From: Vampirovibrionales bacterium
GTDB taxonomy: Bacteria > Cyanobacteriota > Vampirovibrionia > Vampirovibrionales > Vampirovibrionaceae
NCBI GenBank assembly: GCA_029262635.1
Contig: JAJCZA010000029.1
Coordinates: 29,938 to 93,937 of the forward strand
DNA length: 64,000 nucleotides
Direction: 5' to 3'
Made by a program: the position numbers and the translations under genes. The notes beneath the pieces are model-generated. The model made no database searches. It was not told the DNA's origin and saw only the letters and a program-made list of their open reading frames with translations. Shown piece by piece: positions 46,577 through 55,198 of this stretch. Numbering within the stretch: the first letter of the stretch is position 1; each line of letters opens with the position of its first letter.

Positions 46577-47557
46577 TTACAATTTTCCTTCTTGCTGATA
46601 CCACTCAATGGTCTCCGCCAAGCCTTTATTAAACCCGATTTGTGGAACATAACCTGTGTATTGCTTTAGTTTTTCGGCTGAACAATGAAAATAATTGGTA
46701 TAGAGGATTCGAACCAGTGGATCAGTTGGACGCATGGCAAACTGGTATCGCATGAATCGGGCCATCACTTTTTCCGATACTTTTTGAGGGGAATAAGGAG
46801 CCTCAAGACACTGGGCGAGTTTTTGAAAAAAATTAGAAATACTTTGCGGCTTGGGATTAGCCACAAAAAAGTCCTGATTCAGTGCTTTTTCGTGATGAGC
46901 CACATGCCATAAGGCTTCTGCCAGATCCTCAACAAAAATCTCGCTGGCAACACCCGGAAAGGGAAAACGAGTATATGGGATCCTATCCCGGACATGATAA
47001 ACGATTTTGTCCATACTGGAATTGCTTCGTGGATGAGGCCCGTAAATATAAGCCGGACGTAATATACTGTAGGGAAAGCCGCTTTCGATGATGAGCTCTT
47101 CTGCTTGTCGCTTGGACTTGCCGTAATCGGTAGTGGGGCAAATAGGCGACTCCTCATCCAGAGGTGAATCAAAAAATCGGGTCCAGTCATGATCCCAGGA
47201 ACGGTCGACGGCGGCGATACTACTGAGAAAAACCAGCCGCTTCAAGGTTTGGGATGACTTAAGCGCATGAAGCAGGCAGGCGGTTCCATCCCGGTTTGCG
47301 GTATAAAATTCAGGCCCGTTTTTCAGCCCGACCAAAGCGGCCACGTGAAACACCCATTCCGCTTCTCCTAAGGCTTTTTCATAGGTGCTTGGATCGAGTA
47401 AATCGCCGTGAATGATCTGGATTCCTTTGTCTTGCATAGAGGAAGCCTTCTCCAAATTTCGAACCAGACACGTCAGTTCGACTTGCTCCTGTTTGAGAAG
47501 GAACTCAACGAGGTTTCGTCCTACAAAACCAGTACTACCCGTGACAAAGACTTTCAT
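46577..47557 (-). CDS. NAD-dependent epimerase/dehydratase (extended SDR)
   Basis: VTGSTGFVG, VFHVAA, YGKSK, LRP.YIYGP. Confidence 0.9.
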   Translation of the reverse strand: MKVFVTGSTGFVGRNLVEFLLKQEQVELTCLVRNLEKASSMQDKGIQIIHGDLLDPSTYEKALGEAEWVFHVAALVGLKNGPEFYTANRDGTACLLHALKSSQTLKRLVFLSSIAAVDRSWDHDWTRFFDSPLDEESPICPTTDYGKSKRQAEELIIESGFPYSILRPAYIYGPHPRSNSSMDKIVYHVRDRIPYTRFPFPGVASEIFVEDLAEALWHVAHHEKALNQDFFVANPKPQSISNFFQKLAQCLEAPYSPQKVSEKVMARFMRYQFAMRPTDPLVRILYTNYFHCSAEKLKQYTGYVPQIGFNKGLAETIEWYQQEGKL

Positions 47558-48225
47558 GGTGTTATTAAAACCTCCTTTAGAAAGGCTTTAAACAATTCAG
47601 GGCGTAGTTGTCCTTCGCCACTATAGGAAATAGCGATTAATGGCTTATGGGTTTTATGGAAAGTACCGAGAAACAGCTCTAATAGCTTGGGTGTTTTTCG
47701 CTTTTGGGTATGCATCGCCAGTTTAATTCGGCGAAAAGGGATGGATTGTCCTTCGATGTGCAATTCTCCTGATTCCTGAAATTCAAAGGTATCCAGATAA
47801 AAATGGTCGGGATTTTTCGGGTTTTTAATGAGCAGTAGGCTGTTTGCAATGGGTTCAACCAGGCCAGCCATTGTCTTTTCCGTATTTTCTGCATTTTTAT
47901 TGAAAACCGAGGCAATCATGGCTTGGCTGGTCCCTTCCAACAGAAAAAATCCCTGATTCTCTTGTGTGTGCTCCAGTTGAATCACCTTGTATCCCAATAC
48001 GTCAAATGAGTTATGGAGTCGGTAAGGGGCGTCGGCTCTTGTTGGGATCAACGAGGTTGATATCTCTGTGGCTTTAGTCGGTTCAAATTGAGAGGGTTGG
48101 TCTTGCCGCTTTAAAATCTTATTTAGGTAGCCTCCTTGTTCCAACATAAAGAAGAGCAAGCTTGTTATCAGCAAAAAAGTGAGGAACAGAGAAACACGTT
48201 TGGCCATCTTTGCGAAATCCTTCAT
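47554..48225 (-). CDS. hypothetical membrane-anchored protein
   Basis: Single N-terminal TM; ATGA overlap with the SDR gene. Confidence 0.65.
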   Translation of the reverse strand: MKDFAKMAKRVSLFLTFLLITSLLFFMLEQGGYLNKILKRQDQPSQFEPTKATEISTSLIPTRADAPYRLHNSFDVLGYKVIQLEHTQENQGFFLLEGTSQAMIASVFNKNAENTEKTMAGLVEPIANSLLLIKNPKNPDHFYLDTFEFQESGELHIEGQSIPFRRIKLAMHTQKRKTPKLLELFLGTFHKTHKPLIAISYSGEGQLRPELFKAFLKEVLITP

Positions 48226-48714
48226 TATTTTTCTTTAAAAGAGCTTACAACAATAATTTCTCTCTTGACATTTTACGAACACAGGCTAGCCCCAAGCAAG
48301 GGTCTTTTCAGAAAAGGTCTATGAAGCTTATAATCAGGATTTTAAGAAAAAATGGGGTCTGGCGACTGGGGTTACAGTTTGTCTGACAGTCGATAAAAAA
48401 AGTATTTTTGTAATATTACGACATTTTGTAACGTTTTATAATAGCTGAGGCGAAAACTCTACATCTGTAATGGGAAGGAATTTTGAGGTTTTCAAATGAG
48501 GTGGGATTTTGTCAAAAATAGAGGACACCTTTTTTTTCTGTTCGTCAAAAGCTATAATATGAATAAGCAGTGGAATAGTTAATATATAATATAAAGTATT
48601 ATCTGTTTAAGGTGACATCAACCCTCCCCTCTTTTGCGTAAATAGTGCTTGAAAAGGGCAAAGCTTCGGTTGATTCCTCCTTGATTTAAAAAGACAAAGG
48701 AATTTTGACCCCTT

Positions 48715-48951
48715 ATGTATCGTGACGGAGCCATCCATATTGAAGAAGATGACCAGTGTTTTTCCTGTAAACACTATCTTAAAGGGGTGTCCTGCCCTTT
48801 ACTGGAAGCTCTGGCTATGGAAGTGGTCGAACTTCAGAGTGATATTACGGTTCGAAACTGTGGGTTTTACGAGAAGTTTGAACGAAAGTTACGCCTGCTG
48901 GATCCCCTTGAGATGAGTCAACAGGAACCGGATCAAACAGAACTGGCCTAG
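48715..48951 (+). CDS. small four-cysteine protein
   Basis: AAGGA RBS; CFSC..Y...SCPLL...NCGFY. Confidence 0.65.
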   Translation: MYRDGAIHIEEDDQCFSCKHYLKGVSCPLLEALAMEVVELQSDITVRNCGFYEKFERKLRLLDPLEMSQQEPDQTELA

Positions 48952-51653
48952 GAGAGATCGTCGAGTTCGCCGCGGTGGTAGATTTCCCTGAACTGGCGCA
49001 TCAGATCCACTTCACCTTTGGTTAACTTACTTTTTAAGGTTATGCCATAGTACTCTTCAATGGTAATTGAGGGATCAAATTGTTCAATAATGGTTATCCC
49101 TGCCGAAGATAAAATAACTCGCTTTTCCACCATGAGGATTTTACCAACCTCAATCAGCGGCGTATCAAAAAATGCCCCTACACAGTCTGGATCAAAATGG
49201 GTGCCCGAATCCTTGCGTAGAATCTTTAGCACCCGATCAAAGGGCATTCGGTCCCGATAGTGTCGTCGAGAGGTAATGGCGTCAAAAACATCGCTGAGAG
49301 CAATAACTCGACCCAACAGAGGGATTTCTGGACCTTTTAGTTGTTTGGGGTAACCGGTACCATTCATTTTTTCATGGTGTGAGGCCGCAATTTCGGGCAC
49401 ACGTCTTAAATGTTTTTCAAAACGGATGTTAGATAGGATATCGTAGGTGTTTTGAGCGTGTTCTTGAATCTTTCGGTATTCCAGATCTGTTAATCGTCCG
49501 TCTTTTGTCAGAATATTTTCGGGAACCCCAATTTTTCCAATATCATGAAGCAGGGCAGAATAATTTAGGGTTTCTAATTCCTCTTCCTGCAGGTGCATTT
49601 GTTTGCCAACTACTTTAGAGTATTGGGCCACTCGTTCCGAATGCCCTGCTGTGATCGGATCCCGAGAGTCGATCGTACTTGAAAGGGCTTTAACAAAACT
49701 TGAAAAGGCCACCCGTTGCTCTTCAACCAGTTGAGCGTTTTCAATCGCAACGCCGGCTTGTGAGGCAATGGCCATTAGCAAATCTTCGTCGACCCGCTCG
49801 AAATGGCCCTTTGTCTTGTTTAATACCTGAAAAACCCCGATAATTTCGTTGTGCCGGTTTCTCATGGGCATACATAAAAGGTTATCTGTCTTGTAGCCTG
49901 TTTTTTTATCGACGTCTTTATTAAATCTCGGATCGTCATAAGCGTCTGTAATATTTAGAATTTCGCCTGTTTTACAGACATACCCTGCCAGACCCAAGTG
50001 GGCTGGAAAACGAATTTCATGGCTTTCTTCTAGTCCGGTTCCAACCTTGGACCAAAGCTCGTTCTGCTCCCGATCATAAAGGAATACCGTACAGCGATCA
50101 CAAGTTAAGGCCAGGCGCGTTTCATCCATGATAAGTTTCAATAGTTTTTCGATGTCTCGCTCGGCAAACATAGCCTGGCCGACTCGGAGTAGAGAAACGA
50201 CGGATTTTGCTTGTGAGCTGATGTTTTTCGGAGGTTCTTCCGTCTTAAGGGTTATTTCGTTCGGGTCAGTAGTGGAGGTTTCCGGGCTGTCTGAACTGAC
50301 TTCACTTAGAGCATTTAAAGCTTCTAGTAGACCGCGTTCGTTCTGGAAAATTTTTTCATGATTGGCACGTTTGTCCACAATCGATTGCCACTGTTCGGTA
50401 TCGGTTCGATAGAGTTCATCTTCAATATAACTGGCCAAAAAGCGAAGCCCGTTCTGTTCCGCTACTTTTAAGGCTTCCATCAGGCTTTCTAATGCCAACT
50501 TTTTGTCGTTCATTTCCATAAAGACTTTGCCAAATTCAAAGTAGGTTTTGGCCTGTTCATCCACTAGATTGAGCTGTTTAAAAATAGCCAAGGCTTCGCC
50601 CATGGTTTCCAGTGCTTTTTGAGTGTCGCCGAACTCCGCTTGCAAACGGGCTAATAATCGATAGGACTTACCGAGCCCCTTTTTTGCCTGCTTTTTCTTA
50701 AAAATAGGAATGACCTGTTCGGTAAGAAGAGCATGAGACTCATTAAATTCTCGGTCAATAAAATGGATGAATGCTTTAAAAAGCAGGGTCACTCCAAATT
50801 CTTTGCTTATTTTTTTCTGGTCGTGATGCTCTTCGGCAAGTCCTTGAATCAGTCGTTTGGCTTCGGTTAACTCACCTTGATGAATGGCTAGCTTGATCAG
50901 TTCATTTTTCAGGCTAGTCACTCGCTTAGAGTCTCCCAACGATTCAGATAGGGTGAGAGAACGGTTTAAGCAACCGTAGGCATGAATGTAATCCTCTTTA
51001 ATGAGATGAAGCCGTCCTAAAATCTGAGCCGTAACCGCTTCTTCCCAAGGAAGATCCAGTTGTTCTTTGATTCGGACGGAGGATTCTAGGCATTTGACGG
51101 CCAGATGAAAATCACCGGTTCGTTCGTAATGGATGCCCAAGGAGTCGTTTATTTTTGCCGCTTCCAGCCCATCCTGCCAGCAAAAAGTTTTTGCCTGACG
51201 AAAGAAGCGAACCCCTTCTCCGTATTGGCCACTTCGATACTTAACCAGTCCTTTGTAGTGTAATAATCTTGCCCGAACCTCATTGATTCCTTTTGCACCC
51301 ATGTGGATGTCTACCATTTCTTGTGCTTCGGCAAAGGTCCGGCTGGCTCGGGAGGTTCCTTCATCAGAATTTTCATTGTATTTTAGCCACGCCAATTCAA
51401 TTAAGCAACGAATACTCCCCAGAAAGTTCCGTTGGTTCTGGTAAACGGTCTGTGCTTTCTCCAGACAGGTAATGGCGCCATCGTAGTCTTTTTTAAAATT
51501 TAAAAGCAGGCCCTTGTCGTACAGTGCGTCAGGGTCTTGGGTTAGATCCGTCTGATCTTCAACGTCTTTCCTTGGAACGACTCCGCCAATGGAGTCATAA
51601 CGTTTCTCGTCGTCGTAGGGATCAACATGTAGTTCGTTTGACATTTTAGCCAT
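48948..51653 (-). CDS. TPR-GAF-HD-GYP cyclic dinucleotide phosphodiesterase
   Basis: N-terminal TPRs; GAF domain (GLAGYV..TGE..NI.DAY.DPRFN, NK...F...DE); HSERVA, LHDIGK, HHEK.NG.GYP, DVFDA. Confidence 0.92.
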   Translation of the reverse strand: MAKMSNELHVDPYDDEKRYDSIGGVVPRKDVEDQTDLTQDPDALYDKGLLLNFKKDYDGAITCLEKAQTVYQNQRNFLGSIRCLIELAWLKYNENSDEGTSRASRTFAEAQEMVDIHMGAKGINEVRARLLHYKGLVKYRSGQYGEGVRFFRQAKTFCWQDGLEAAKINDSLGIHYERTGDFHLAVKCLESSVRIKEQLDLPWEEAVTAQILGRLHLIKEDYIHAYGCLNRSLTLSESLGDSKRVTSLKNELIKLAIHQGELTEAKRLIQGLAEEHHDQKKISKEFGVTLLFKAFIHFIDREFNESHALLTEQVIPIFKKKQAKKGLGKSYRLLARLQAEFGDTQKALETMGEALAIFKQLNLVDEQAKTYFEFGKVFMEMNDKKLALESLMEALKVAEQNGLRFLASYIEDELYRTDTEQWQSIVDKRANHEKIFQNERGLLEALNALSEVSSDSPETSTTDPNEITLKTEEPPKNISSQAKSVVSLLRVGQAMFAERDIEKLLKLIMDETRLALTCDRCTVFLYDREQNELWSKVGTGLEESHEIRFPAHLGLAGYVCKTGEILNITDAYDDPRFNKDVDKKTGYKTDNLLCMPMRNRHNEIIGVFQVLNKTKGHFERVDEDLLMAIASQAGVAIENAQLVEEQRVAFSSFVKALSSTIDSRDPITAGHSERVAQYSKVVGKQMHLQEEELETLNYSALLHDIGKIGVPENILTKDGRLTDLEYRKIQEHAQNTYDILSNIRFEKHLRRVPEIAASHHEKMNGTGYPKQLKGPEIPLLGRVIALSDVFDAITSRRHYRDRMPFDRVLKILRKDSGTHFDPDCVGAFFDTPLIEVGKILMVEKRVILSSAGITIIEQFDPSITIEEYYGITLKSKLTKGEVDLMRQFREIYHRGELDDLS

Positions 51654-52047
51654 TAAATTTTTAATTTACCACGACTGTTTAAATAAAAAATACTTACTCA
51701 ATACTATAACGGTGATGACTCTCTATGCACGTCCCTTATTTGTAGGAACCGGGCAGGGTATTGATGCTATCGAGGTTATCGGACAGTTTTTTAAAAAATT
51801 GAATCAATATTTGTGGATGCGTGTGTCTGCCATCAGCTAGTAAGATGGGAATTATCAAGGCTGAGCGGTTTTTAAACTCCTCTAGACAGAGTAGGGTGTA
51901 AAATAATACTGATTCATCAATATAATCCCGCTTTATTTCATTTGAGTGAACCAGCCAATGTTTTGCCTTCTTATGATATTGCGTATAAAATAAGTTTTAA
52001 TCCTCTATATTTCTTGTCTATCAATACGAAATGAGCAAACAGGCTGT

Positions 52048-53175
52048 ATGGGCACCATCACCAAAGCACCTCCTGACATTTATTACACCGAAGACGTAAA
52101 AGAAGCACTTCATCAGGCCCGCTATTTGTCCAAGAAACGGAAGGATTTTAAGCCAGATGAAATGATTTTAGATCGAGAGTGTCTGGCAGGCTTACTTCAA
52201 TCCAACCGAGTGTTTTCCCGTTTGGACTGTCTTCTCAACGCTATGGACGTTAAGCCCAAGGCACTGCAGAAAAAGCTGGAAGAATGCCTAACTGCTTCAG
52301 AATACTCGATTGATAAGGGGTTCCCAGAGCGCTCTCTTATCAAGCGAGCTGAACAGCTTGTTTTAGAAGAGAATGCAGAGAGTACGGCGGCCAGCCAACG
52401 ACTTAATGTGGAGCATCTGCTTTACGCACTCTGTCAGTCAGAGGATTCGGTGGTTCAAACCGTTTTCGATAATTTTAGTCTGACGGCTAATACCATCACC
52501 CAGGCACGAGAAAGCTTACTCAAAAAGGCAGATCACCTGCCCTTTTCAAGGTTGACTCTGCTCAGCGGGCTTTACCTCTTGCGAGAGACTGTTGAAATTG
52601 TGTTTACTGTCATTGTTTTTCTTATTATTATTAAAGAAGGCTTTGGCGAGCTTCGGCTAATTCCATCTGAGTCCATGCTTCCCGGCTTACAGATTGGTGA
52701 TCGATTGGTAGTTGAGAAGGTTACCCGTTGGTGGCGACCTTATCAGCGAGAGGATATTCTTGTTTTTTATCCGCCTCCTCCCCGATCGGTGCTTCATAAG
52801 GACCCCTTTAGCCTTTTTATGCGGGCGACAGGATTTTCTAGCCTTCTGCATAACACTTCCGATGATCCGGTTGATAAAGCCTATATCAAGCGAGTGATCG
52901 GCTTGCCGGGTGAAACCGTTGAAGTGGTTCCCGGTGTGGGCGTGTATGTTAATGGCCTGCTTCTTGATGAAGATGACTATACATTGGAAACAGGTTATAA
53001 ATGCGGCATGTTTTGCCAACCGACTAAAATTCCAGAGGGCTACTACCTGATGATGGGAGATAACCGAAACAACAGTGAAGATGGCCGGTTCTTCGGGTTT
53101 GAACCCAAAGAACGCGTTGTAGGGCGGGCGTTTCTACGAATTTTGCCCGTTCAGCGCATCGGTCTTCTGGATTAA
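52048..53175 (+). CDS. lepB: signal peptidase I fused to an N-terminal Clp-repeat (Clp_N)-like domain
   Basis: IPSESMLPGL..GDR, YIKRVIGLPG, MMGDNRNNSEDGR; N-terminus YTEDVKEAL..A...ECL.GLL and EHLLYAL...DS. Confidence 0.88.
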   Translation: MGTITKAPPDIYYTEDVKEALHQARYLSKKRKDFKPDEMILDRECLAGLLQSNRVFSRLDCLLNAMDVKPKALQKKLEECLTASEYSIDKGFPERSLIKRAEQLVLEENAESTAASQRLNVEHLLYALCQSEDSVVQTVFDNFSLTANTITQARESLLKKADHLPFSRLTLLSGLYLLRETVEIVFTVIVFLIIIKEGFGELRLIPSESMLPGLQIGDRLVVEKVTRWWRPYQREDILVFYPPPPRSVLHKDPFSLFMRATGFSSLLHNTSDDPVDKAYIKRVIGLPGETVEVVPGVGVYVNGLLLDEDDYTLETGYKCGMFCQPTKIPEGYYLMMGDNRNNSEDGRFFGFEPKERVVGRAFLRILPVQRIGLLD

Positions 53176-53342
53176 AGAAATTTACCTTTTCATCCCGAAA
53201 AAAACAGTTTCCTCTGCCAAGTGGAAATACCCGCTAACCCCCTTTTTAATAAAGGTGATAATGGCGTATAATATCAGGGAGTGAATTTGTATTTAGTTTT
53301 CTCCAATGGAATTAACTGATTGAAAAAGGAAGTAGCCAAAGA

Positions 53343-53858
53343 TTGTCGCCGCTGATTGAGCTCTACGTGATGGGGATTGCACTGGATTCCAGAACGGGTA
53401 CACCCATTGTTGTTCTAAATGACAAGGAAAACCGTCGTGCCCTGCCGATTTGGATTGGCACGGCTGAGGCGAGCGCTATTATTCGGCAGTTAGAGCAAAT
53501 TAAAACCGCTCGCCCCATGACTCATGACTTAATTGACAGTATTCTAAATCATACGGGCTACGGGTTAACCCGGATTGAAATTAACGATCTGACATCGGAC
53601 ACGTATTATGCCAGCTTATACCTTAAGGATAAAGACGGTCAGGAGCATGTGATAGATGCCCGTCCTTCGGATGCCATTGCTTTAGCCTTGCGTAATAATG
53701 CGCAGATTTTCGCCACGGCCAATGTGGTTTCGGAAGGGACGATTTCGACGGATCAGGTGCGAGACGAAGAAGAGACCCAAGCCTTTAAAGAGTTTATCAA
53801 AGAGCTAAAACCTTCGGATTTCCATAAATTTCGCATTGACGACGAATCCGAGCAATAA
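53343..53858 (+). CDS. bifunctional nuclease family protein (DUF151)
   Basis: PIVVL....RALPIWIG..EA, RPMTHDL, DARPSDAIALALR. Confidence 0.92.
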   Translation: MSPLIELYVMGIALDSRTGTPIVVLNDKENRRALPIWIGTAEASAIIRQLEQIKTARPMTHDLIDSILNHTGYGLTRIEINDLTSDTYYASLYLKDKDGQEHVIDARPSDAIALALRNNAQIFATANVVSEGTISTDQVRDEEETQAFKEFIKELKPSDFHKFRIDDESEQ

Positions 53859-53927
53859 TTGATCTTTAGAAGGTTTGTTGAGTTATTGAATAACCCTATA
53901 CATGAGGGTTGAAATAACAGAGTCCCG

Positions 53928-55031
53928 ATGATGAATCTTTCCTTGCACAATGGCTTTTTACCCATTTTAAATCCATCGCATAAACGTGATGAGATTTATT
54001 TTGGTCAAAAAAAAAACCGAAGAACTTCGAATAAAAAGAACCAAACGAAAAACCTTGTTCCGAGTCCGCCCCTTGTCTCCCCTCTTCAACAACAGCCCAT
54101 TAAACACTTTTTGATGAAAGATAAAATAAAAAAGGGAAAATTGCGTTTGTTTTTAGATGATAAAGGAGGAGTGCTTTTAGTTTTAGCAGGAGAAGCGGCT
54201 TTAATACAATGGTTGACTGCCAGTAACGGGTTACTTCTCTCTTTGCTGTCTTCTAATGTTATGCTCTTCGCTTCACTTTTATTAGTCCCTTGGATCTTAA
54301 CGTTGGGACTCATATTTGGTCCAGAGGTTGCTGCCGTAAAATTTAATCCGGGTTTAATTCAATCCAAAAACCCATGGCCTAAAAACACAAAAGTACTCGC
54401 CTCCTCCAGTCAATTTGTTCTTAGTTATGGGAACCGCTATAGTCAAGCTTTAATGAGCGCTATAAAAAGCTCAAATTCACTCGATGAGGCTCAAAATCAA
54501 CTGGTGAATCAAGGGTACTCCTCTAAGCTCAATTTAAAACAAAAAGCGATTTCCCGGCCCGAATCTTTAGGTGGCTGGAAGAAAAATGATTCAACCCCAA
54601 TTAATCGTTTGTTACTAGGAATGTATGACCAAAGTGAGCTGGGGTTTAAGCAAACTATAGACATCATGAAAGAAACATTGACCCGCGAATTTAAGGTGGA
54701 TAAAACGGTTTCTACTGGTGAGGATTATAAGACCATTCAGGCGGAGCTTGAAGAATTTGAACGGCAAATCAAAAGAAATCGGGCTGAGGGAAAAAAGTCG
54801 GAAGTGATTTTGTATTATTCGGGCCATGGAGGTGCAGAATCATTGATAGGCTACGATACTAAGGTGAGCGACGATACTAAATTAGATTTATTTAAAGCGG
54901 AAGGTGATGCCGAGTTTTGGTTTTCAAACATGTCTGAAACCGCTTTTAGGGCATTGGTTCGCCGACATTTGGGCGAAGCCGATGCTGTTTATATTATCCT
55001 GGACGCCTGCGCCTCGGGTGCCGCTGTTTAG
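53928..55031 (+). CDS. membrane-associated caspase-like (C14) protein with DEIYFG leader
   Basis: VILYYSGHG and IILDACASG His/Cys dyad motifs; long hydrophobic segment. Confidence 0.72.
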   Translation: MMNLSLHNGFLPILNPSHKRDEIYFGQKKNRRTSNKKNQTKNLVPSPPLVSPLQQQPIKHFLMKDKIKKGKLRLFLDDKGGVLLVLAGEAALIQWLTASNGLLLSLLSSNVMLFASLLLVPWILTLGLIFGPEVAAVKFNPGLIQSKNPWPKNTKVLASSSQFVLSYGNRYSQALMSAIKSSNSLDEAQNQLVNQGYSSKLNLKQKAISRPESLGGWKKNDSTPINRLLLGMYDQSELGFKQTIDIMKETLTREFKVDKTVSTGEDYKTIQAELEEFERQIKRNRAEGKKSEVILYYSGHGGAESLIGYDTKVSDDTKLDLFKAEGDAEFWFSNMSETAFRALVRRHLGEADAVYIILDACASGAAV

Positions 55032-55041
55032 CCGCTAGTAC

Positions 55042-55062
55042 ATTTAGGGTTGGATTCGTAAA
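55042..55062 (+). repeat. third partial copy of the 3' element
   Basis: atttagggttggattcgtaaa versus reverse complement of copy B atttagggctggattcgtaaa. Confidence 0.65.
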
Positions 55063-55080
55063 TACTATCATTTTTCGGGG

Positions 55081-55105
55081 CATTCCCGCGAAGGCGGGAA
55101 TCCAG
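55081..55105. repeat. short palindromic element (dRS3/RPE-like)
   Basis: cattcccgcgaaggcgggaatccag, i.e. ATTCCC-N8-GGGAAT. Confidence 0.6.
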
Positions 55106-55198
55106 ACCAGCACATCTGACTTTTATTCGGGGTCAGGGTTATGGGATAATAAGCCCGCTTTGATAAAGAAATAATGCGAGAGAGAGTAAACCGGATTC

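Noticed and set aside
48650-48690. c-di-GMP-I riboswitch suggested by gggcaaa near the HD-GYP gene
   Set aside because: Second GCAAA/P2 stem and tetraloop-receptor elements not found.
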